From positions 21,352 through 85,351 of the forward strand of contig CDRNVI010000141.1 in assembly GCA_977017575.1 (NCBI GenBank): a DNA stretch of 64,000 nucleotides, in the 5' to 3' direction. The notes under the pieces are model-generated. The model made no database searches. It had not been told where the DNA came from and saw nothing but the letters and a program-made list of their open reading frames with translations. A program made the translations under genes and the position numbers. Every line of letters begins with the position of its first letter. Positions within the stretch are counted from its first letter, which is position 1. This document shows positions 37,656-50,795 of the stretch, piece by piece. Source of the DNA: Paramoeba atlantica. Its lineage: Eukaryota; Protista; Discosea.

Positions 37656-39639
37656 TTGGGTTGTCACCTGAAGTGTTTTGAAAGAATGTTTGTTTGTTTG
37701 GGATTTGAACCTGAGGGGTTGTCTTCATAAAACCATCTTGAGTCTTCTTGTGATTGATCTGTTTGAGGCTTGAAAGTAGTACAACTCAACTTTTTTTGGT
37801 TTTCACTGGTTGAAATTCTGTTTTTTTTTGGCTTTCTTGAAATGTATTCACTTTCAGCATCAATGATTCAGCAGTATCAGGAGAGAACAAGACTGGGGGA
37901 GCAGATGCAACCACTAAATGGTTACAAGAGGGAGAAAAGGGGGGTGGAGCAGAACAAGAAGCTACTTAGGGATCTTGAGAGTGGAAGTGACAGTAGCAAA
38001 TTAGAGAAAGATGAGGGTTTGGGTGAAGGGGCAAGATCTCCAAATTTTCCTTCTGTGGATCAAATGCTTGAGAGTTGGTTGTTGAAAAGAGATGGAATTA
38101 AGCATCAGTTAGATGAATTAACAAATTTAATCCTAACTGATGAGGCTTTCACTGAGGAGTTTGACAAACTTGAGAGGAATTTGAAATGATTAAAGTTGAG
38201 TATTTCAAGGCATGTGAGGAGCAGCAGAACTTTGGGGAGCAAGAACAGAAGAAGGTCAGGGGCTACCAAATTAAAAGAGGAGGGCAACTACATCAAACCA
38301 AGGAGGAAAGATTTTGTAACTCATTATGGGAGAGATTTGCAACCCCTTCCAAGTGAGAATACTGTACCAAACCATCAGTGGGATTGATTGGTAACAGATG
38401 TGAGGTTTCTTCATCCAAGTCCAGAGGATTCAACAAGGGTTGGTGGAACTTGTGGTTCAAATTAACAGAGTTCATTGGCTGGTGCTGAAGTTAAAAGTGC
38501 TGAAAGGTCAATGACAATTGATGATTTAAATTCACAGGTTTGAAGAATAACTTTGGATGAGTCTACAAGAGGGACAGAGTTAAAAACACTGAAAAAAGTG
38601 GACAACATGCCAAAGTTGAACATAAAATGGGATCTAAAAGCCTGTGATGTGTTGGTGTTTCTGAGAGATTTTCAAGCAGCAATGGGTAATCAAGTGCCAG
38701 ATGATTCTTTATGGATGCAGTATTTGAGATCAGCAGTGGAAGGTCCAATGAAACCACAATTGCAAAGATTAAGGAATATTTCTTATCAAGAGTTGCTTCT
38801 GTTTGTATTAGAAGGAAATACCTTGGGCTCAAGCTGGAAGAGTAAGGTTCAAAAAGAAATGCAGATGGTAAGACAGATGGAGAATGAGAAAATTATTGAT
38901 TTTGCAGAGAGGTTGGTGATGTACCTTGATTACTTGAAAATAGATTTGGATTCAGTTGAAGTGAAGATGAAGTTGAATGAACCTGTTTTAAAAGTTTATT
39001 GAATTCTGTGGAAGGAGCAATTTGGAGAAGAATTTGTTGAGAATGAATGTGTTATGTGGAATGTTGTGACAAAGTGGGTGCAGAATGCAGAAGGATGGCA
39101 TTGATATTTGGTGGTGAAGGACCAACTGAAACCTTATCAGGATTGGCCATCATCTGCTGTGTGTTTTAAATGTGGAGAAAAGGAACATATAAGAAGAGAT
39201 TGTTCACAGAGAGAAGAAGAAGAAGAGGATAGTGGGAATTTCTTTGTGGTTGATGGGAAGAAGTATCTTTTTCACTGGAGATGTCAGTGTTGTGGAGGCA
39301 ACTATCATGAGACAAAAGACTGTTTGGAGCTGAAGGATCATTATATCCCTGGTTGAGTGTTAAGTTGTTTATTGTTTTGTTGGTTATGAAGTGTTTCTCA
39401 GTTGAGAAAACACTTGAAGGGTATTGGGTTGTCACCTGAAGGTTTGTTTGTTTGGGATTTGAACCTGAGGGGTTGTTTTATTTTGAATGTCTTTATTTGT
39501 AAGTGTTTGTTGAATATTCTTATTCTTGAAGAAAGACATATTTTCTTTTTTAATTTTCCTTTTCATAAAAGAGCATTAAACCATCTTGAGTCTTCTTGTG
39601 ATTGATTTGTTTGAGGCTTGAAAGTAGTACAACTCAACT
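37656..39639 (+). mobile_element. Gag-only element bounded by direct terminal repeats (37656-37791, 39424-39639)
   Basis: Retrotransposon-gag-like RQMENEKIIDFAERL; knuckles CFKCGEKEHIRRDC and CQCCGGNYHETKDC. The repeats share ttgggttgtcacctgaag...gtagtacaactcaact. Confidence 0.75.
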
Positions 39640-40439
39640 GTCTTGGAGGGAGTTAAGAAAGTAAAAGAGGGATGGATTGATTTTGTTAAATTTGTCAAAG
39701 AAAAAAGAAGGTACAGCAACAAATTGAAGAGGAATTTAATAGTGAAAAGGAGCTTTGGGGGGAGGAGTGAGGAGTTACTGAGTGACTACATGGAGAAGAG
39801 TTTTTCTGGGTTCAATATACATCCAAAATGAATGGAGAAGATATTATTAAAGAAGGAATTGTGAAGGGTTATATCTAAGTTGTTTCTTTAAGTTTTGAAG
39901 ACTGTGGATCAAACTGTAAGGGGTTACAGTGATTAGGAAGATAGTTGAAGAAGTGAAGATTAATAGTAAATATTGAAAAATCTGCAAACTCTCCAACTTC
40001 TAAGATGAGAAATTGAGGAGTTTTATGGTGTTTAATAAGATGAATGTTTACTTTGGGCTTAAAGAAGGGGTATTTTCATGAAAAATTGTTAAGAAAGGCA
40101 GCAAGGTGAGTTGAAGCAGTGTTGATCAACACAAAATCAGAAAAAAAGAAATATAATTTGAGGTATGAGGTTCTATTGTTTGGTTTCACTCTCTCCACTT
40201 TACTCAAATAATTAAAAGTAACTTAGTTTTGCTTGTTTTTACACTTTTTACAAACACTTTCCTTTAATTAATTTATCTTATTATCTTTGTTTTTAAGTAA
40301 GAAATTTGAATTTAAAAAGATTGATTTTGAGATTATTTCTTTTTTTTTTTTTTTTTTTTTATTCTTTTTTCTCTATTTTTTCTTTTTTATTTTTTTCTCT
40401 TTTTTCATTTTTCATTTTTTCATTTTTGATTATTTTCCA

Positions 40440-41480
40440 ATCACTTTTTTCAATGTATAAATCAATATTTGTATTATTTTCATTTTTTCTCAATTGTTAT
40501 TTAGTTTTTGATGTTTAAAATTTAGTTACCAGACAAGTTACAAATAAAATTGTACTTTTTACATAATTTTACAATCTATTTGACTTATTTACAAAAAAAA
40601 AAATATATTTCCCTTTGTTTTTGATTATTTCCCAACCACTTTTTCAATGTCTATTTGTATTATTTTCATTTTTAGAAAATTGTTATTCAATTTTTGATGT
40701 TTAAAAGTTCATTTCCAGACAAGTTACAAATAAAATTGTATTTTTTACATAATTTTACAATCTATTTGATTTATTTACAAAAAAAAAAACATATTTCCCT
40801 TTGTTTTTGATTATTTTCCAATCACTTTTTTCAATGTATAAATCAATATTTGTATTATTTTCATTTTTTCTCAATTGTTATTTAGTTTTTGATGTTTAAA
40901 ATTTAGTTACCAGACAAGTTACAAATAAAATTGTACTTTTTACATAATTTTACAATCTATTTGACTTATTTACAAAAAAAAAAATATATTTCCCTTTGTT
41001 TTTGATTATTTCCCAACCACTTTTTCAATGTCTATTTGTATTATTTTCATTTTTAGAAAATTGTTATTCAATTTTTGATGTTTAAAAGTTCATTTCCAGA
41101 CAAGTTACAAATAAAATTGTATTTTTTACATAATTTTACAATCTATTAAATCTATTTACAAAAAAAAATTAGAAAATTGAAAAATTGAAAAACTGGAAAA
41201 CTGGAAAACTGGAAAATTGGAAAATTGGAAAATTGGAAAATTGGAAAATTGGAAAATTGGAAAATTGGAAAATTGGAAAATTGGAAAATTGGAAAATTGG
41301 AAAATTGAAAAATTAAAAGAATTAAACTTGAAACCTCAAAAATGAAAAATTGAAGAAAAGGACAACTAAACTATCATACTCATCTCTAAAAAAACAAAAA
41401 AACAAGCTAGTTAATGGAATCAGTTTAATTTTTTATTTTTCTTTTTTACAATTATTTCTTTTGTATTAATTTTTTAGAGT
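40440..41480. repeat. Satellite with ABAB higher-order structure (~190-bp monomers, ~380-bp dimer), 8-bp GGAAAATT array (~41170-41310) and tail
   Basis: 40440-40819 repeats almost exactly at 40820-41160; the module is shared with 8857-9450. Confidence 0.9.
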
Positions 41481-41689
41481 TTTTTTCAAAGAAAACAATA
41501 AATCATTGCAAATATTAAATTTTTAAAGAATTTGTAATATTATTGATAAGGTGAGGGAGTTTCAAAAAGAAAAAAATAAAAATAAGAAGAAAAAGATTGT
41601 TAAATATAGTTCTTTTTTTTAAATATTCATCCCAATCAAGATTCATTTCTCTCAAAGCTTTTCTTTTTCAGAATAAAGAAATATCAATT

Positions 41690-43420
41690 AAAAATTTCCA
41701 ACATTGGAGTCACTAGAGAGTTAATTGTTGTAGAAGTGTCAAGAAGATTTTCTATCCATTGTATAAAGAAGAAAAGCATTAAGAGGGATGGGTTTGAGAG
41801 TAATTTTAGTGGTAAAGTAGAAAGTTGAAATAGAATCAGTGAGGAAAAGAAAAATGTAAAGAAAATGAAAAGGAAGAAAAAGTTTCTTAAGATCTCATAC
41901 AAAGAGCACAAAGGAATTGAGCAACTCAATGTATTTCAAGAACCAACTTTAGAGGAAAGAAAAATCTTTGATAGAACACAACAAAAGGTTTTTTTTTAAT
42001 TGCAATGTTTTTAGTAATATTGCTCAATGGAAGGTTCAACTTGTTCTTCAAGGATATTATATGAAAGAAGGAAATCCATTATTATAACAAGATATTTTCT
42101 CCCTGCACCCACCTTGAAAGTATCTGAATGCTTATTGCTCTTGTTACACAAAAAAAAATGCTTATCTGAATAAAGAAAAATGGAAAAACTTGTTTTCACT
42201 CATTTACCTCTTTTCTACACTAGAACAAAATCAATGGAAATTCTCTTGGAAAAGATGGTAATGTTGTTGTACTTCATAAAGCCTCAAATGCTGGAAGAAT
42301 ATGGAACATCTATTTTGACAAGTATCTCAAATTGATTGATTATATTCCTTCTCCAAACAAATCTGCTCTATATACCATCACACCAATAGATCAATTATTG
42401 CTCTTTGGGTCACAATAACATCTTTATTACTGGTCCTAACAACAACCACACCACAAAGACTCTTGCATAGCTTCACAAAGAATTCCAAGTTAAAACTTTC
42501 AAGCAAGTTTCTTACACATTCAGTATCTCCTTCCAAATCTGCAAAGATGAATCTTACTTCCTCTCCCAAACTGCTATAATTAAAAACCTCTTGAACTCTC
42601 TTGGTTTGTCAACACACCAGGAACACAGAATACCCACACTTTCTTTGGATATCAACCTCATAAAGGACATTATACTAGAAATACTACTGAACTTGAGGAT
42701 ATGAAGAACATCCCTTATCAATCCACCATTATTGGCAAACACTTCTATACATTTTGCAATGGCCACACATCCCAATATTCTCTACTCTGTGATCTCTCTC
42801 TCTCAATACACCTCAAACCCAGAGAAGTCTCACTGGAAACACCTGAAACAAGTGGTCAAATATTTGAAGGGAACAAAATGGATGGGATTGCTCTACAAAC
42901 TGAAAACATCTGACATCACTCTCAATGTTCACTCAGAGGCCTCCTACAACTTGGATCTCAACACTGGAAAATCATCCCTTGGCTATTGTATGAAACTGAA
43001 CATGATTGTTGCTGGGCATATATGGCATTCCTCTCTCTCCAAAACCGTTCCCAAAGAGCACTCAACATACTGAGATTATATTGCTGGATCAAAATGTTTG
43101 GATAGCACCAGAGATGATGGGCCTCATTCCTTCTTGAACACACTGATGACAACTACACTTGACCCATTCCCTTTCACACACAGACAATGAAGCACAAATA
43201 ACAAATCCCCAGACTACAAAAGGAAGCTGACATATCCTTCCCCACCACTACTTTGATCTCCACTATGCACATAATACAAAGGTCATTTCTTTTGAATCTA
43301 CTTCTTACTAACAAACTGTACACACATCCTGACCAAAGCATTAAATGGACAACCCTTTCTGAAAACATAGAAGTTCACTCTCAGTCTCAGATCTGCCCAT
43401 TTAGCCTGCATACTCAATAT
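41690..43420 (+). mobile_element. Decayed Ty1/copia RT and RNase H
   Basis: AGRIWNIYFDKYL; PYQSTIG; THPNILYSVISLSQYTSNPEKSHWKHLKQVVKYLKGT; TGKSSLGY. Confidence 0.85.
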
Positions 43421-43454
43421 CCTCTCTCTCTCTCTCTTCCTCACATATTCGACT

Positions 43455-45330
43455 ATTCTCATTCCTGGAGGGTTTTTTGCACTGTGCTCACATTCCAGTT
43501 TTCCCTCATCCAAGGGCTTTCCATGTTTTGTGGTTTTTCCCTTGTCCTTTTACTTTACAACTTCTACAATATGATTCTCAATTCTCTGCATACAACATCC
43601 ATTTTGAAACCCATTGCACAACATAACTCAAATCAAACCAAACCCATATGAGGCTGGAGGGAATACTTCTACCCAAGGCCACCTGTTGATTTGAAGTGCA
43701 TAGAGGCATTGTCCCAGCTCTCTCAAGAGTATTCAAATCCGAAAAAAAAACCCACAGACCACACAATATTTTGAGACTAGATTGCACAAGAATCATGAAA
43801 TACAATGTCAAAAAGTAATCCACAAGCCAGGAAGACAAATAGCAATTCCTCTGATGCGCTCAGCTGACACAAAATATCACATATGATACAAAGAAAACCA
43901 GAGCAGTTAACAGAGACATTCACTTTTGCTGCCAAATACAAGATATTCTTGACAAACAAAATGATCTTATGGCAAAAACCAACCAAAAAAAGAGGAACAA
44001 GACAAAAGCATCCCAGATGTTCAAATGTTTAACACCCTCTTAAAATCAATTCACACACTTGAGAGGGAGACCAATTCCCAAATCAGTTGAATTACCAAGC
44101 CTTTTGCTCAAGCATAGCAAGATGATATCCCTTCTGCACTAAAATAATTGACTATCATCTGTGTGGAATTCTTCCTCTAAAGAAACAACCAAAAAATGCT
44201 TCAAACAAAAACCCACAAATTCTGGATAGACCCAGCAGGAATCCTCAGAAAAGTGGCTGAAATGTAACCCTAAAGAGAAAGAGGGTTGCCTCCAGCAGTC
44301 CTACCTCAATCACTTTTGGGGTGAAATACTAAATGGTGGTCACAGAAAGTTTGAGAAGCGCTTTGGATCAAGCAGTCTCTGACTCATCATTCTGTTTTTC
44401 CTAAATCATATACCCATACATTTACTCCTTTTGCCAAAACTGTTTGGAATGTCAAGACAACAACAAAAAAAACAAAAAAAGGAATGAGAGGAGCAAGACT
44501 CAAACCTCTTCTTTACTCCATATCCTCCTAGGCCACTGCCTGCACCCCCTGGACCAAAATACCATCATACAAGGATTCACTTTTGCCTGTAATTGTGACA
44601 ATTTTGATGGATCCATCCAAATCTACCCAATCTCCCAGCCACAGAAATGCAAAAACAATTGCAGAAATTGCTTTATGCAATACACACCTGCATCAACTCT
44701 ATGCCTATCAAGATTATAACCCTGACAATGGCTTTGAATTCTCAAACCAGCTTCACAGCTGATTTGGCAAATCAAGGTCATTTAAGCATATATATATATC
44801 CATCCATGATCATTGAAGATGATTGGGATCTCCTAATTCCTCTTCACTTCATTCTTCATTCACTTTGGTAGACATCCATCAATGGTATTGGATACAACAG
44901 AGGCATATTGACAAGAAATAGCAGTCACCACTTCTGCTGATCATTTCAATCTAGAACAACAGAACATGTGCCACAAAAATATTATGCACCTAAAGGAATT
45001 AAAAGTAAAGATATATGAGATCTCTGTTAATTATGAAGAAGGACAAATACAAAACCAACCCCTCCTGCATGTGTCCTTGAATTGAATAAGATGGATGATT
45101 TTAACCACAGAGATGATTACAATTACAAAGTGAAAGAGATTCATGAACACCACATTGATGAGGATGGAACACTTTAATAGAAGGACTACTGTGTTGGAAA
45201 AGCTATCAGACACCATCTCTGCTCCTGATTTAATCAAACATTATCGCAAGAATCACCCTCATGAGTCTCCTTCACCAAGGGCAAATCTGAAAAAGAAATT
45301 TGTCCAGCCTCTTCTTCTGCAGGTTTATTT
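43455..45330 (+). mobile_element. Decayed gypsy/chromovirus RNase H end, integrase and chromodomain
   Basis: VIHKPGRQIAIPDALS; GGH...CQNCLECQ; DNGFEFS; EDDWDLLIP; YKVKEIHEHH...APDLIKHY. Confidence 0.7.
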
Positions 45331-47050
45331 TGAACCAAAAAAAAAATCAGGTTTACCTCAAAGGAAAAAGGAAAAAAGAAAGAATAAAGAAAGAATAAAG
45401 AAAGAATAAAGAAAAAAAGGAAAAGACAGAAGAAAAAGAAAAAGTAAAGAAAAGAAAAAAAGAAAAAGAAGATAACATTTTGATTCCAGTTTTATCTTTT
45501 TGCTCCTTTGTTTTTCTCTTTGCTCTGCAATCTCCATCATCTTCCCTGATCATTTGCCCAAAAATGAGATTCTTTTACAAACATCTCACAATCTCAAAAA
45601 CTTTGGATGTTGCAAAACAAAACACCCCAATAAATTACTAACACTTAACCCTGAACAATATAGCAAGATCACCTGTGTTATAAGATGAACTTGAGTGTGA
45701 GAAGAGAGATGAGAAAAAAAAAAATAGAACAAAAAAAAAAGAAAAGAGGATATCAACAACAACAAAAAAAAACAGACTAAAAAAACACAATCAACTAAAA
45801 ATAAAAATAAAAATAAAAAAAAGTTAACAAACCATATGAAAAAGTGATCAAAGTGGTTCTCTTTGGATACTTAGCCAGACAGCCCTACAATATAACTCTT
45901 TAACTCTCTTAGACTTGGCTATAGAGACCCAAGAAACACGTCAAACAAGAATTCCAACTCTTTTTTTTCTCTTAGATCTGATAAAGAAATCGCCTCAACA
46001 TTTTGAGATGTGCAAAAATAGATTGGTTGTAGTGGTCAATTCATGGAATGTAAAACCTGAAGAGAAAAGAATATTGGTATTAGAATTCTTTTAAAAGATA
46101 GAAAAAAAATAAGAAAAGAAAAAAAGTAAAGAAAAAAAAGGAGAAAGGGAGAAAGGAGAGACAAAGGAAAAATGAAGAATTCAAAAATCCCAAACACCAA
46201 AGTCAAAGAAAAAAAAGAGAAAAAAAGAAGAAAGAGAGAAAGAAAGAAAAAAACAAAGTGAAAAAGAGAAGAAAAAGATTAAAAAAAAGGAGGGAAACTA
46301 AAAGGAGAAAAACCAACCAATCCCCAACCCCAATCCCAAAAGCTGAAAACAACAAACATCACATCACATCACACACCACACTCACAAAATATAACCACAT
46401 GACAAAACATGACAAACAAAAAGATTTAAAAAAGAAAAGAAAAGAAAAAAATAACCTTTTGTCTTTTTGGTGTGGATAACCCAATTGCCCCCCACGCCAT
46501 TCCCAATTCGCTCAATTTCAAACCCCTCTTGCCTCTCTCTCGAAAAAGGAAAAAAGAAACAAGTTGGTTGTTTTCTTTTTTTTCTCTCCTTTTTTTCTTT
46601 GATCACTCTTTTTTGAAAATCTGTTTTCTTTTTTTCTTTTAACTTCAAGGTCGGTGTTCTTTCTTCCTTTTCTCCCTCTTGCCTCTCTTGTTTTGTATCA
46701 GGGAACAAGAAGGGAAAACAAAAAAAAAACAAAAAAAAAAATTAGCGCACTTTTAGCAAACTAAATCTGTGTTGTCGAAAGAAAAGGTTTGAAAAAACAA
46801 AGCAGCAAGAAGAGACAATGTGAAAAAGGATCTCTTTTATTAAAAATTAAAGTAAATAATTTTCATGGAATTCAAAAAAGAAGAAGAGGAAAGAGAAGAG
46901 AGGAGTCATTTTTTTGTCTCCTCTTTCATAAATCAACTTTTGAAACAGACACACCCCTCCTCCACTCCCTCCACCCAAGAAAGGAGAGAGGAGAGAGAGG
47001 AAGAGAGAGAGAGAGAGAGAGGGAAGGGGGAATCTCCTCATTTCTGTTTT

Positions 47051-47503
47051 TCACTTCACTGTAGATTGCGCCAATGCATGTTCCAAAACTTCATCATAAT
47101 CAACAGATGCAACCGAACCACCCTGAAGTCGACAAGAAATCCCACCTTCTCCAATCTTTCCAACAATTCCATTTGCAGAAAAAGAAACAACCATCTTTTC
47201 TTTGATTTTAGCTCTGTCAGGTGCCCACATCACAAACACTAACTTACTCCTTTTGACATGATCAGAAGGAGAGATGTATTTGATGTGAGTCAATCCATAT
47301 GCACATTTGTCTCTTGGGAGATGAGTCGTGAATTCAGCCCATTCTGTTCGCCCATCCACCACATCCTCACTTTTCGATAAATCATGATAATCAGTTTGAC
47401 ATTTTCCATCATCGATCAAGAAGATACATCCTTTTGATTTTCCGGATTTGACGGAGCGAGCAATAGAGATACATTCATCAGAAAATTGAACCACGGAAGC
47501 CAT
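47051..47503 (-). CDS. Divergent ADF/cofilin-family actin-binding protein (150 aa)
   Basis: MAS N-terminus; RSKLVFVMWAPDRAKIKEKM matches the ADF-H core. Intact, intronless, CpG-retaining. Confidence 0.9.
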   Translation of the reverse strand: MASVVQFSDECISIARSVKSGKSKGCIFLIDDGKCQTDYHDLSKSEDVVDGRTEWAEFTTHLPRDKCAYGLTHIKYISPSDHVKRSKLVFVMWAPDRAKIKEKMVVSFSANGIVGKIGEGGISCRLQGGSVASVDYDEVLEHALAQSTVK

Positions 47504-48103
47504 AGTAGTAGTATTTGTCAATCAATCACAATCACACAAGAAGGGGCACTGTTTTTTTTGTTTTGTTTTTGTGTTTTGGTTTTGTGTTTTTTGTTTTGTT
47601 TTTTTTGTTTTGTTTTTTTTGTTTTGTTTTTTTTGTTTTGTTTTTTTTGTTTTTGTGTTTTTTGGTGTGTTGGGTCGAGGAGGGGACAAAGAAACCTGTT
47701 CTTGGAAAAAGTTGGCTCAGTTCAGTGAAGTATCCATTGGGTGTGGTTTCTCATTTTTCAAAGACAACCACTCCCAACCTCTTTTTTCGTTGTTTTGAAA
47801 AAGTTTTGTCCAAGTCCGCCCAACACCTTCACTGAATAAAAAAAAATAAAAAATAAAAAAAAAAAAAGGAAAATTTTGTGGGAATTGAACCTCCCACCCT
47901 GCGTTTTGTTGCTTTCGGTGATTTTGTTTTTTGTTTTTTTTGTGGTTTGTGGGGTTGGTGTTCCTTCTCACCATCACCCCCTCTTCCTCTTATCCCCTTC
48001 CATGAACGACAACAAACGCAACCACTTCTTCTCTCAGGTTTTGTTTTTAATTCAAAACATTTCTTTTTCTGGATAACTTGAAACAGAAAAACAACAATCC
48101 AAC

Positions 48104-49141
48104 ATGGTGATGAGAGTTCAGTTGATGTCGTCGATCGTTGTTCGATCAAAAAACCTCGAGAAGGAAGAAGAAGAACAGTGGTGGGAAGTTCGAAACACTG
48201 AGAATGGAGAAGTGTGTTCTATTCAAGCTCAAGACTTTCGAAGTCTGCGAAGGAAGATCCAGGATGTGTATGGAACTTCAACTGCTGCAGTTCGAGTGTT
48301 CTATCTCAATGATGAGTGTGATGTCGTCTTTGTGAAACGTAATCAAGACTTGGAAGACGCTTTGTTTGTTCTCCCCAAAAAGGACAACAAGATGGTGACA
48401 GCAGTGAAGAGTCATCAGGAGATTGAAAATCGAGTGGATGATGATGATGATGAAGAGAAAGCGAGTGATGAGAGTACTGATGATGATTCAGTTTCTGAGA
48501 ACCCTCAGAAAAGACTCAAGGAACAACAGAAGAGAGAGAAGAAGATTGAAATGCTCAGTAAGCGTGACGAGAAACTGGCAAATCAGATCAATGTTCTTGA
48601 AGAAAAGATTGTGGCTCTTCAACGAAGAAAGGAACAGTTGACTGAAAACAAAACCCAAGTTCGAGAGAATCTTGTTGATTTGAAAAGTGAAGAGAAAAGT
48701 GAAGTTGTTGTTGCTATCAAACAAGAGGAGGAGAATATTGAAGAAGCTGAATTGTCTGATGAGACAGTCCAAGAGGAAGAGGAAGAGGAAGAGGAAGAGG
48801 AAGAGGAAAAAGAAGATTGTGGTAAACCAAGATCGTTTGGACAATTGAGAAAACTTCAGAATCAACAACGGAACATTGAAAGAAGACTTTGTAATCTTGA
48901 AGCGAAAGAAAAGAAGTCAAAAAAGATGATGGAAACAGAAATTATTCTCAAGAGGCGTTTGGAAGAAATCACAGAGAGGTTGGCCCTGACTGAAGTGGAA
49001 GAACAATCAGAAGAACAGAAGGATGAAAAGTTTTTTATGAATAAGAGAAAAGGAAAAGATGGTCATTGTAAACATTCCCGTTACTCTCATGGTTCTCCTA
49101 AAAAGAATTATTCTCCCCCAAAGGAAAAAAGATGGAAATAG
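48104..49141 (+). CDS. PB1-domain, acidic coiled-coil protein (345 aa)
   Basis: OPCA-like FYLNDECDVVFVKRNQDLEDAL followed by a long E/K-rich coiled coil; intact ORF. Confidence 0.7.
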   Translation: MVMRVQLMSSIVVRSKNLEKEEEEQWWEVRNTENGEVCSIQAQDFRSLRRKIQDVYGTSTAAVRVFYLNDECDVVFVKRNQDLEDALFVLPKKDNKMVTAVKSHQEIENRVDDDDDEEKASDESTDDDSVSENPQKRLKEQQKREKKIEMLSKRDEKLANQINVLEEKIVALQRRKEQLTENKTQVRENLVDLKSEEKSEVVVAIKQEEENIEEAELSDETVQEEEEEEEEEEEEKEDCGKPRSFGQLRKLQNQQRNIERRLCNLEAKEKKSKKMMETEIILKRRLEEITERLALTEVEEQSEEQKDEKFFMNKRKGKDGHCKHSRYSHGSPKKNYSPPKEKRWK

Positions 49142-49392
49142 AAAGGAGATCTTCAAAATCATCCTTTCAAAATAAAATCTCTCTTTTTGAATATTCCATT
49201 ATTTATTTATTCTTTTCTCTCACATTGTTGGGGTGCATCTTGTCAAACAACAAACAACACACACACTCTCCCTTTTTTCCTTCTTTTCTCTGTTTAAGTC
49301 TCCCAATAACTCTCACTTTTTCTTCCTTAAAAATCATAATTTAGATGAAAGAAAGGGGATGTTGGCCACTGTGGGGGGATATCTTCTTGTAA

Positions 49393-49438
49393 TACTCTCT
49401 GAGTTGCTAATTTGTGAAAATTCGTAACTCAGAGAGTA
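49393..49438. repeat. Hairpin element copy H4 (compensatory changes)
   Basis: tactctctgagttgc-taatttgtgaaaattc-gtaactcagagagta. Confidence 0.8.
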
Positions 49439-49772
49439 GTAATAATAATAATTCTATGCCTTCAAAACTCTTTTTTGCTTTTTTTGTGGAACATCTTTTG
49501 GGGGGAAATGATCAAGAAGAGAGGGAACCAAAAATAACAAAACACACCCTCCTTATTTTGAATATTTTCTCTCGAATATTTGTGTGGAGGCATACCACGA
49601 TCTGCAAATAGAATAACAAGAAAAAGACTGAACCAGAATCAAATTTGTGTTTTCCTCGGACCTGTTTTTCAACAAAAAGAAAATTAAAAAAAAAAAGGGA
49701 AAGAAAAAAAGAAAAAGAAAAAAAGGGAAAGAAAAAGAAAGAAAAAGAAAAAAAGAAAAAAAGAAAAAGAGA

Positions 49773-49892
49773 AGGTCTTCAGCACTCGGGATTCGAATGT
49801 GGTCACCCACCATTCTACTAACCGAGCCCACAGCTGCTTAACTTCCGAGTTCTGATGGGATCGGGTGCTTTCAACTGGGTATGACCGAAGAC
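49773..49892 (-). rRNA. 5S: 5S rRNA
   Basis: GTCTTCGGTCATACC...CCCGATCCCATCAGAACTCGGAAGTTAAGC...TTAGTA...GAAGACC, ~120 nt, with T-rich 3' flank. Confidence 0.97.
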
Positions 49893-50795
49893 ATTTTCTC
49901 TTCTTTTTTTTCTCCTTTTTATCAATCCGATTATTCAAAATCAACAAAAAAGAAAAGAGAAAAGAGAAGAGAAAAGAAAGAAAAGAAAAAAGAAAAAGAG
50001 AGAAAAGAAAGAAGAGAGAGAAAAGAAAAAAGAGGAAAAGAAGAGAAAAGAAAAAACCTCAATTTTGTTTGTGGACAAAGGTTTGTCAAAGAATTTCTTT
50101 GTGATCTCTCTTCTTGTTTTAACTCTCTTTTCTCAGAATAAAAAACTTGTTTTAGGGGCGGGACTGAAAGGAAAAACATAAAACGGAAAACAAAAAACAA
50201 ATCAAGGAAAAAGAGAGTGATGGTCTTGAAGAAGAAAGAAAGAACAAGAAAGAAGTAAAAAAGGAAAAGAAAAGGATGTGAAAAAAAAAAACAGAAAGAA
50301 AGAGATCACAACCACCAAAAGAAAAGAGAAGAGTGACCGAGAAGAAGAGAAAAAGAGAGAAAGAGAAAAAACCACAAACACCCACAGAAAAAAAAAACAA
50401 AAAAAAAAAAAGGGAAATGATGGACCTCTATTTCAGGTCCAACTGGTTTTTTTCAGGAGAGGAGGGAGAGGAAGAGGAAGGTTCCGGGGAGAGAGAGAGT
50501 GTGTTCCCAGGGGGGAGGTTTCGGAGAGGAGGGAGAGGAAGGGGAAGAAGGTTCTGGGGAGAGAGAGAGTGTGTGTGTGTGTTCCCAGGGGGGAGGTTCT
50601 TGGATGGGGGGGGGGGGGGGAGAGAGAATGGGAGAGGAGGAGGGCAACACCACAACCCCCCATGCAGAGTCTCTTGTTTTTTTTTTTTTTTTTGCTTCTC
50701 TTCTTTCTCTTTCTCTTCTGATTTCTCTTTCTCTTTCTCTCTTCTCTCTTCTCTCTTCTCTTTCTCTTCTCTCTTTCTATTATTTGTTAAAAAAG

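Noticed and set aside
40440-41160. CRISPR-like array
   Set aside because: Tandem monomers without unique spacers, in a eukaryotic context with no cas genes.
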